DNA of 61,927 nucleotides, counting the filler. It is 6 parts of 6 records of this genome, joined end to end, with 100 filler letters (N's around TTAATTAATTAA, not from the genome) between each part and the next. Parts side by side here need not be neighbours in the genome. Positions count along the whole stretch, not along the records: positions 7,856 to 20,636 come from SRR20825010_1767; 5 more parts are not named here. The stretch is one strand, 5' to 3'. Positions within the stretch are counted from its first letter, which is position 1. Each line of letters opens with the position of its first letter. The notes below the pieces were generated by a model, which saw only the letters and a program-made list of their open reading frames with translations, did not search any database and had not been told where the DNA came from. Of the stretch, positions 9,969 through 17,224 are shown one piece after another. The translations under genes and the position numbers were made by a program.

Positions 9969-10181
9969 TTAGTTATCAATTTTCTTTCTGTTTTGCTCTA
10001 CTATGATTTTCACCAAACCAACCAGTGATTTTGCGCCCGTTTTCAGATGAATGTTTTTTCTGTGGGTTTCAACTGTTTTCTCACTTATATGTAGGATTTT
10101 GGAAATTTCTGAAGATGTCTTTTCTTTCATAATCAGATTTACAATTTCTGTTTCCCTCTCTGTTAGTTTGAAGTTGGACAT
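9969..10181 (-). CDS. Stand-alone LuxR-type HTH protein, 70 aa
   Basis: LTERETEIV...TSSEISKILHISEKTVETHRKNI; no receiver domain. Confidence 0.88.
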   Translation of the reverse strand: MSNFKLTERETEIVNLIMKEKTSSEISKILHISEKTVETHRKNIHLKTGAKSLVGLVKIIVEQNRKKIDN

Positions 10182-10237
10182 GATGAATTGTTTTTATCAA
10201 AGTTCCATACCTACCAAACAAAAAACATCGGGAGAAT

Positions 10238-10265
10238 TGAGTAATCTCAGGTAGGGGAATCCCCT
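10238..10265. promoter_or_regulatory. Two adjacent dyads upstream of the solo LuxR gene (candidate operators)
   Basis: TGAG-TAAT-CTCA (10238-10249) and AGGGGA-A-TCCCCT (10253-10265) in AT-rich intergenic DNA. Confidence 0.45.
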
Positions 10266-10310
10266 TAATCGGTTCTTATTAGTTGCAAGTCCGAAAAGAA
10301 AAAATGATAC

Positions 10311-10946
10311 TTAATTTACCAGATTATGCTCAATGGCAAATTTGGTGATGCCCACGAGAGTCGTGGTGTTGGTTTTTCTAAAAATATTCGTTTTGTGTGA
10401 TTCCACCGTTTTTTCAGAAATAAATAATTTTTCCGCTATTTTCCTGGATGTGAATTCTTCCACGATCAATGCAATAATTTCTTTTTCCCGGTCACTCAGG
10501 AGTTCTACAACGGAAGGGTTGCGGACATTGTCTACAAGCATTTTTGTGACTGCCGGACTAACGTACACTTCACCTGACAATACCCGTCCGATAGCACCGA
10601 CCAATTCTTCGTGAGTAGCTTTTTTAAGCACATAACCATCCACTCCGGCTTTCAGCGCATCATTGATAATGTATTTTTCCTCATGCATACTCAGCGCGAC
10701 CACCTTGATCTGAGGATATCTTCGCTTGCATTCTTTAGTGAGCTCCCACCCTTTCATGTCGGGCAAATTGATGTCGGTGATTACAAGTTGAATTTGTCGG
10801 GAATGTTTTGATAGTTGCTCAAAAGCCTCTTTGCCGGACAAGGCCGTGGCTATCACTTCATAAACTTCCGATTTATGCAGTAGTTCGATAACCCCATCTA
10901 CCAATATTTGATGATCGTCGACAATGAGAATGTTGATCGTGCCCAT
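10311..10946 (-). CDS. NarL/FixJ-family response regulator
   Basis: IVDDH, ITDINLP phospho-Asp, ALSMH, YVLKK, C-terminal LuxR HTH. Confidence 0.95.
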   Translation of the reverse strand: MGTINILIVDDHQILVDGVIELLHKSEVYEVIATALSGKEAFEQLSKHSRQIQLVITDINLPDMKGWELTKECKRRYPQIKVVALSMHEEKYIINDALKAGVDGYVLKKATHEELVGAIGRVLSGEVYVSPAVTKMLVDNVRNPSVVELLSDREKEIIALIVEEFTSRKIAEKLFISEKTVESHKTNIFRKTNTTTLVGITKFAIEHNLVN

Positions 10947-10947
10947 C

Positions 10948-12846
10948 TTATGCTGCCTTTTGAGTTTGGATAGTATAGGGGATGACTAACGTGATAGTGG
11001 TGCCCCGCCTTTCTTTTTTGGAATCCACATCCATCTCTCCCTCCAGCATATCAAGTCGGGAATGAATGTTTCGCCAACCATTGCCTGTCGCATACGACAG
11101 GATTGAAGGATCAAAACCAAGTCCATCATCCTCGATGATGATACTCAAAGCAGTCTCCTGAGCCGTCAGGTTGATCGTGACCGCCTGAGCATCGGTATGC
11201 TTGAGGATGTTGCTGATGATTTCCTGAACAATGCGGTAGGTAGCAATCTGTGCAGATTGATCCAAAGAAAGACCTTCCGAGAAGCTATTCATCTTAAACC
11301 TCACACGGCCCACTGACTCAAGCTGAGTCACCAATTCGTCAAGTGCCATTATAAGGCCTTTGTGTAACAAGGTCTGTGGCATCAGGTTGAAGGCTATTTC
11401 TTTTAACGAAACATACATCAGGTCGAGCAACTCTGCAGATTTTTCTCTGACATCCTTATTCTGGCTTACAATCAGTCTCAAAGCGGAGATAAGTTGACCG
11501 AAATTATCATGAAGATCCATGGCAAAGCGTTTTCTCTCCTCCTCCTGCGAGAGGATGACTGCATTGGTCTGTTCCGTTTTCAGTCTTGCCTTTTCCTTCG
11601 CAAGACGAACCCTTCCTTTATATTGGTTTCGTTTCAAAATCCAAGTGAACGCACCGGCTATCAAAAAAGCCAGCAAAATGAGTAGCCCAATTAAGGCTTG
11701 GTTTCGCTCGATTTCGGCAGTCTGCAACTGATTCTCTTTATTCAAAAGCTCAATCTGTTGCTCTTTTTTTTCGGTCTCGTATTCAATTTCAAGTTCGTTG
11801 ACCTTGCTTACATTCTTTTCATTTACAAGGGAATCACTAAGGACGTGAAATTCCTGATAATAACTCAAGGCCTTTTTGAAATCACCTTGCTGTTCGAAGA
11901 GTTCAGACAGGCTTTTGACTATCTTCTTGCGCAAGTACTTGTCATTTACTTCAGCACTTAGCTCAAGGGCGCTTTTCAGGTTTTCTTTACCTGACGAATA
12001 GTTAAGCTGCCTTAGATAAAGCTTACCTTTATTGTAATAGGCTTCTGCCACCCCTCGCCGATTAGGAACTTTGAGATAAACCTCCACCGCCTGATTGTAA
12101 TAGTTAATGGCCTGGTCAAAATCTAATTTTTCCTCATAACCCGAAGCGATATTATTGATCGCATTAGCCATTCCCAACAAGTTATTGATACCTGTGTGCA
12201 GTGCCAGTGCCTTCTTATCACACTCCATTGTTTTCTCGAATTGACCCAATTCATAGTACGCTGCTCCCAAATTGGTCAATGAACTGGCAATCTGTAAGGT
12301 ATCCTTCAGCCGAATCGCCGATTGATTGAACAATTCAAAATACTCCAGAGCCTTCTCAAAGTCTCCTTGATAATAATAAACCTGTCCGAGATTATTGAAA
12401 CAACGAGGGATTGACTCTTTTGACTCTTTTGTTTGGTCGTTGGCCTCATAGATGCGAAGGGCAAACAGAATTCTTCGCATAGCATCCTGAAAATCACCTG
12501 TATTTATAGATATCATCCCCTTATTCAGGTTTGCCGTGGCTAGCTGCGTGGAGTCCCCTTTCATCTGATTTATAGCGATACACCGATCAAAAAATAAATT
12601 AGCAGAGTCATATTCAGACTGACGGTGATAGGTGGCACCTATCTGCAAATATGCCTGAGCAATGCCCCAAGAATATTGGTTTTCTCTGGAATATTCCAAA
12701 AACTCCTCCGCAATGGCTCTGGCACTATCCGGAAATAAAAGTGTTTTTCGAATAGTCTCAACGTAGGTTTGAATTTTAACAGAATCAATCTGACTATGCC
12801 CAATAACAGGCAACAACAGGGCTGTGATGACGATTAAAGCTTTCAT
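10948..12846 (-). CDS. TPR-repeat sensor histidine kinase (HisKA_3 type)
   Basis: Signal peptide, TPR-like repeats (FNNLGQVYYYQGDFEKALEYF), one TM helix, EEERKRFAMDLHD H-box, QEIISNILKH, DDGLGF, GNGWRNI. Confidence 0.93.
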   Translation of the reverse strand: MKALIVITALLLPVIGHSQIDSVKIQTYVETIRKTLLFPDSARAIAEEFLEYSRENQYSWGIAQAYLQIGATYHRQSEYDSANLFFDRCIAINQMKGDSTQLATANLNKGMISINTGDFQDAMRRILFALRIYEANDQTKESKESIPRCFNNLGQVYYYQGDFEKALEYFELFNQSAIRLKDTLQIASSLTNLGAAYYELGQFEKTMECDKKALALHTGINNLLGMANAINNIASGYEEKLDFDQAINYYNQAVEVYLKVPNRRGVAEAYYNKGKLYLRQLNYSSGKENLKSALELSAEVNDKYLRKKIVKSLSELFEQQGDFKKALSYYQEFHVLSDSLVNEKNVSKVNELEIEYETEKKEQQIELLNKENQLQTAEIERNQALIGLLILLAFLIAGAFTWILKRNQYKGRVRLAKEKARLKTEQTNAVILSQEEERKRFAMDLHDNFGQLISALRLIVSQNKDVREKSAELLDLMYVSLKEIAFNLMPQTLLHKGLIMALDELVTQLESVGRVRFKMNSFSEGLSLDQSAQIATYRIVQEIISNILKHTDAQAVTINLTAQETALSIIIEDDGLGFDPSILSYATGNGWRNIHSRLDMLEGEMDVDSKKERRGTTITLVIPYTIQTQKAA

Positions 12847-12947
12847 GGCGATTAGATGGCGATACTATAAATTACCTTTTTGCCAGCACAAAGACCAATC
12901 AGTGATAGGATAATTCACTTTTGTAGCTTGATTTCCTCAATTGCATC

Positions 12948-12955
12948 TAAATTTG
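12948..12955 (+). promoter_or_regulatory. Bacteroidota -7 promoter element
   Basis: TAAATTTG matches TAnnTTTG, 6 nt before ATG 12962. Confidence 0.6.
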
Positions 12956-12961
12956 AATTAG

Positions 12962-13141
12962 ATGAATCCTAAAACACTTCGCTTTCTCAGCTACATTGGC
13001 GTCACCGCAACCATGTTTTTCAGCATTTGGTATACTTTCAAAACCTATGAAGAGGGTGAACCTAAATGGAATTTTATGATCTTGGGATTTGGAATTGCTA
13101 TTTTGCTGGGGATGAATCTGATTAAAACCAGAAAGTATTAA
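12962..13141 (+). CDS. Small two-helix membrane protein, 59 aa (not in ORF track)
   Basis: Hand translation [59 protein letters not shown]; promoter element upstream; fills the gap up to the recR stop. Confidence 0.65.
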   Translation: MNPKTLRFLSYIGVTATMFFSIWYTFKTYEEGEPKWNFMILGFGIAILLGMNLIKTRKY

Positions 13142-13749
13142 TCCACTCCAAAGGCCGTTCTCGTGGCTATGCTTCGGCCTAAAGTAATTTCATCGGTATA
13201 TTCCAGCTCACCTCCTACGGGTATTCCTCTGGCTATTGTAGACACCTTCACCTCGCACTCTTTCAGCATCTTGGTGATATAAAAAGCAGTGGTGTCACCT
13301 TCCATGGTGGAGCTTAGTGCCAGGATAATCTCCTTGATTTGACCTTCACTGGCTTTTACTCGATCGATCAGGGAATCAATTTTCACATTATCCGGACCAA
13401 TACCATCTATGGGCGAAATCCGTCCGCCTAGCACATGAAAAAGCCCGTTGTATTGCCCAGTGTTGCGAATGGCCAGCACATCGGGAGTATCCTCCACCAC
13501 GCAAACCGTGGTGACATCCCGAGACAAAGTCTGACAGGTACAATCTTCTGTATCCGCTATTATGTGGCAGGTATTGCAATATTTGATTTTTTGCCTCAGG
13601 TCGGTGAGCGACGCTGAAAGCATAGAAGCATTTTCTTCGGGCTGCTTCAGCAGATGAAGCGCCAAACGAAGGGCTGTTTTTTTACCAATTCCGGGAAGCT
13701 TGGCTATTTCCTCAACAGCCCGCTCTACAAGCTTCGAAGGGTATTCCAT
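13138..13749 (-). CDS. recR: Recombination mediator RecR
   Basis: [13 protein letters not shown]hH, Cys cluster, [43 protein letters not shown]. Confidence 0.97.
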   Translation of the reverse strand: MEYPSKLVERAVEEIAKLPGIGKKTALRLALHLLKQPEENASMLSASLTDLRQKIKYCNTCHIIADTEDCTCQTLSRDVTTVCVVEDTPDVLAIRNTGQYNGLFHVLGGRISPIDGIGPDNVKIDSLIDRVKASEGQIKEIILALSSTMEGDTTAFYITKMLKECEVKVSTIARGIPVGGELEYTDEITLGRSIATRTAFGVD

Positions 13750-14040
13750 TTATTCAATCGCTGCTTTGATGCCAGCCTCACTTATCCCTTCCCTCATAGG
13801 CTTTAGTTCAAGGTAGGCGCCCTTTTTAACCGCGCATCTCCCCTTGAAATGGATGAGATAGGTGCACTGTTCCGCCTGATGCGTGTCGTGCTTACAAACC
13901 TTGATTAACGTATTAGTGACGTGCTCAAACGTATTAAAATCGTCATTGTAAACAATTAAATCCTTTAGTTCCTCACTATCATGATCTTCCGCTACGTCAA
14001 CGAGTTCTTCAACTTCATATTCAAATTCCATCGCTTTCAT
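13750..14040 (-). CDS. clpS: Clp protease adaptor ClpS family protein
   Basis: LIVYNDDFNTFEHV, QAEQCTYLIHFKGRCAV. Confidence 0.9.
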   Translation of the reverse strand: MKAMEFEYEVEELVDVAEDHDSEELKDLIVYNDDFNTFEHVTNTLIKVCKHDTHQAEQCTYLIHFKGRCAVKKGAYLELKPMREGISEAGIKAAIE

Positions 14041-14047
14041 AATCCTG

Positions 14048-14055
14048 CAAATTTA
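14048..14055 (-). promoter_or_regulatory. Bacteroidota -7 promoter element for clpS-recR
   Basis: Minus strand TAAATTTG, 7 nt before the clpS ATG. Confidence 0.6.
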
Positions 14056-14117
14056 ATAGATGTGATTAACATATAGAATTTATCTTGCGGACTTCACCAT
14101 AAACGCTACATCACTTT

Positions 14118-15551
14118 ATGAGTCCTGTTGTTGTCGGATCGATCATTCTCGGGTATTTTCTACTGTTAATTGCCATCTCAATATTCACGTCAAAAAATGC
14201 GTCAGACGAGGACTTTTATACGGCCAACAGGCAGTCTCCCTGGTATCTGGTGGCGTTCGGGATGATCGGAGCTTCGCTTTCCGGTGTAACCTTCATTTCC
14301 ATCCCTGGAGAAGTGGGTAACACAAACTTTTATTATTTCCAGGTGGTGTTGGGCTATCTCGTTGGTTATGCGGTGATAAGCCGGGTACTGCTACCGCTCT
14401 ATTACAAAATGAATCTGGTATCCATATACAGCTATCTGGAGCAGCGTTTTGGCTTTTGGTCGTATAAATCGGGTGCTTTCTTTTTTCTCATAAGCAGGAT
14501 TATTGGTGCATCTTTCCGATTATTTCTGGTTGCTGGTGTTCTTCAAATATCCTTTTTTGATGCCTTCAACCTTCCATTTTGGGTTTCAGTCCTTACCACT
14601 GTCGTGCTTATATGGGTGTATACTTTCAAAGGAGGAATAAAAACGGTCGTTTGGACCGATACCCTTCAAACCACATTTATGATTGCTTCGGTCATCATCA
14701 CCATTCTATTTGTCACAGATCAAATGAACCTCAGTTTTGGTGAATCCATATCCGCCGTTTTCAGCGACCAACGAAGCAGTATCTTCAACTGGGAATGGCA
14801 AAGTAGGACGAATTTTTTCAAACAGTTTTTTGCGGGGGCATTCATTGCTATCGTTATGACCGGGCTCGATCAGGACATGATGCAAAAAAATCTGACCTGC
14901 CGAACGCTCAAGGACGCACAGAAAAACATCTTCTGGTTTTGCATCATCCTCGTTTTTGTGAACCTGCTTTTCCTTAGCATGGGCTTGTTGCTTTATCAAT
15001 TCTCCGAATTCAATCAGCTGGCTATTCCGGCGAGAACAGATTACTTGTTCCCTCAATTAGCCATTGGACATTTCAGCACCCTAGGTGCGGTAGTCTTCCT
15101 GCTGGGGATTACAGCTGCTGCTTATTCTAGTGCCGATTCGGCTTTGACCGCATTGACCACCTCATTTTGTGTGGATTTTTTAGGTTTCAATAAGGAAAAC
15201 TATGGCAAGCGGAAAAAGATGCGAATGGGTATTCATTTCGGGTTTTCTATCGTCCTGTTTTTTGTGATCCTCCTCTTTCAGGCCATCAACGACCAAAGTG
15301 TGATTACCGCCGTTTTTGTGGCTGCCGGATATACTTACGGCCCCTTACTTGGCTTGTTTTCCTTTGGGATTTTAACGAAATGGGAATTGAAAGACAAGTA
15401 CGTTCCGTTGGTATGCCTGCTCTCTCCAGCACTTTCTTACATTATCAACCTCAACTCAGTGGCCTGGCTCGGTGGCTATAAGTTTGGTTTTGAAATATTG
15501 ATACTGAATGGCTTGCTTACGTTTCTGGGTTTGTTGATCGTACGTAAATAA
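14118..15551 (+). CDS. Sodium:solute symporter (SSS family)
   Basis: ANRQSPWYLVAFGMIGASLSGVTFISIPG, GGIKTVVWTD, GLDQDMMQK; many TM segments. Confidence 0.93.
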   Translation: MSPVVVGSIILGYFLLLIAISIFTSKNASDEDFYTANRQSPWYLVAFGMIGASLSGVTFISIPGEVGNTNFYYFQVVLGYLVGYAVISRVLLPLYYKMNLVSIYSYLEQRFGFWSYKSGAFFFLISRIIGASFRLFLVAGVLQISFFDAFNLPFWVSVLTTVVLIWVYTFKGGIKTVVWTDTLQTTFMIASVIITILFVTDQMNLSFGESISAVFSDQRSSIFNWEWQSRTNFFKQFFAGAFIAIVMTGLDQDMMQKNLTCRTLKDAQKNIFWFCIILVFVNLLFLSMGLLLYQFSEFNQLAIPARTDYLFPQLAIGHFSTLGAVVFLLGITAAAYSSADSALTALTTSFCVDFLGFNKENYGKRKKMRMGIHFGFSIVLFFVILLFQAINDQSVITAVFVAAGYTYGPLLGLFSFGILTKWELKDKYVPLVCLLSPALSYIINLNSVAWLGGYKFGFEILILNGLLTFLGLLIVRK

Positions 15552-15553
15552 GG

Positions 15554-15580
15554 TTTATATTTACCTTTTGTAAATATAAA
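15554..15580. promoter_or_regulatory. Perfect 11-bp inverted repeat, likely TA autoregulatory operator
   Basis: TTTATATTTAC-CTTTT-GTAAATATAAA directly abutting the antitoxin ATG. Confidence 0.75.
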
Positions 15581-15814
15581 ATGACAACATTCACCAGTTC
15601 CCTTCCGGATCAGTTATTGGATCAGCTCAATAAAAAGGCATCTGAACTATCTGTTCCTAAGAATAAGCTCATCGAAAAAGCCCTGACCATCTATCTGGAT
15701 CAATTAAACAAAGCTGCTTATATCAAATCGTATCGAGAGGCTGGAATGGATGAAGATATTATGTCTATCGCTGAGGAAGGCATGGCGGACTATTTCAAAC
15801 AAATCCAAGAGTGA
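15581..15814 (+). CDS. Ribbon-helix-helix (CopG-like) antitoxin
   Basis: TTFTSSLPDQLLDQLNKKASELSVPKNKLIEKAL RHH pattern, acidic C-terminus, GTGA overlap with the toxin. Confidence 0.85.
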   Translation: MTTFTSSLPDQLLDQLNKKASELSVPKNKLIEKALTIYLDQLNKAAYIKSYREAGMDEDIMSIAEEGMADYFKQIQE

Positions 15815-16143
15815 GGCAGGGAGAAATCTGGTATGCTTCGCTTGATCCGGTCGAAGGATCCGAACAATCGGGAACAAGACCTGTGGTGATTTTGAGTGGA
15901 AATATGATGAATGAATTACTTCAGGTGGTTATTGCTTGTCCCATTACCTCCAAGGTCAAAAATTATAAGGGCAATGTTGTTCTTCAGCCTAACGATGTAA
16001 ATAACCTAACAACCCCTTCGGAAACCTTGCTCTTCCATATAAGATCCATTTCTAAATTCCGATTATTGAGAAAAGTTGGGAGTATTGCTGATGAGCAATT
16101 GGAGGAACTAAAGTCGAATCTCAATGATATTCTGAGGTATTGA
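15811..16143 (+). CDS. mazF: PemK/MazF-family endoribonuclease toxin
   Basis: RQGEIWYASLDPVEGSEQSGTRPVVILS, ACPITSK, HIRSISKFRL. Confidence 0.93.
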   Translation: MRQGEIWYASLDPVEGSEQSGTRPVVILSGNMMNELLQVVIACPITSKVKNYKGNVVLQPNDVNNLTTPSETLLFHIRSISKFRLLRKVGSIADEQLEELKSNLNDILRY

Positions 16144-16144
16144 G

Positions 16145-16480
16145 TCACATTAATTCCTTGATCGGCTCCCAATAGATACTATTGAAATTCTGGATTCGGT
16201 CGTTTTTGACTATTACTCCTTCGGCTTCCAGCAATTCCTGCATCATGGTAAGTGTCGGGAAATGAAATTTTCCAGTCAAAACCCCACTTCGGTTGACTAC
16301 CCGGTGCGCAGGCACATCCTCCAGACCATGTGCGGCATTCATGGCCCAGCCTACCATCCGTGCACTTCGTTTCAAACCCAGGTATTCCCCTATAGCACCA
16401 TAAGAGGTCACTCTCCCTTTTGGGATGAGTTTCACGACCTCATAGACGTCATTAAAAAAACCGGAATGATCTTTTGCCAT
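16145..16480 (-). CDS. Alkyltransferase-like protein (MGMT/YbaZ family)
   Basis: IPKGRVTSYGAI, ARMVGWAM, VPAHRVVN (Ala where active MGMT has PCHR Cys); start set to ATG 16480. Confidence 0.9.
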   Translation of the reverse strand: MAKDHSGFFNDVYEVVKLIPKGRVTSYGAIGEYLGLKRSARMVGWAMNAAHGLEDVPAHRVVNRSGVLTGKFHFPTLTMMQELLEAEGVIVKNDRIQNFNSIYWEPIKELM

Positions 16481-16508
16481 ATCTTTAAAGAAAAAACAAG
16501 ATCCAAAT

Positions 16509-17186
16509 ATGCCCAAAAACATACTCATAACTGGAACCAGTGGAAACTTAGGAAGTGCTGTTGCCAAAAAATTTATCACTGAAGGCTATCAAATCATTGG
16601 TTCTAAGTCTTCAGGCAGAGCCATTCTCAACGACGGTGTTCACTATTTCGAAGCAGATTTGACCAACGAAGAGTCTTCCAATGATTTTTTTCAGCACATA
16701 AAAAAGGAGTTTCAAACCATAGATGCCGGGATTTTTCTTGTAGGCGGTTTTGGGATGAGCAACATTGAAAACACGACAGATGCTGACCTACAAAAACTGT
16801 TTTCACTTAATTTTTTAACTACCTTTCATTGTGCCAAACACTGCTACGAACTATTGAAGCAAAAAGGTGGCGGAAAGTTGGTTTTCGTAGGTGCCAAGCC
16901 AGCCATTGAAGGCGGTGGATCGGAAATGCTGGCCTATACCATTTCCAAAACGGCAGTGATCAAGCTGGCCGAACTGCTAAACGAAACAGGTAAAGAAGAC
17001 AACATCCAAGCTTCAGTCATTGTGCCGAGCATTATTGATACACCCGTAAATCGTGAAGCCATGCCCAAAGCAACTTTCACCGATTGGGTCAGTCCCGAGG
17101 AGATCGCCGAAAATATTTTCTTTCTGATTTCAAAAACAGGCGACCCGCTAAGGAATACCGTACTGAAACTTTACGGTAAAAGCTAA
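16509..17186 (+). CDS. Short-chain dehydrogenase/reductase
   Basis: ITGTSGNLG, YTISK catalytic motif, PSIIDTPVNR. Confidence 0.92.
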   Translation: MPKNILITGTSGNLGSAVAKKFITEGYQIIGSKSSGRAILNDGVHYFEADLTNEESSNDFFQHIKKEFQTIDAGIFLVGGFGMSNIENTTDADLQKLFSLNFLTTFHCAKHCYELLKQKGGGKLVFVGAKPAIEGGGSEMLAYTISKTAVIKLAELLNETGKEDNIQASVIVPSIIDTPVNREAMPKATFTDWVSPEEIAENIFFLISKTGDPLRNTVLKLYGKS

Positions 17187-17224
17187 CAATCACAGGCTTT
17201 GACCCCCAAAGGAGCCCATATCAT

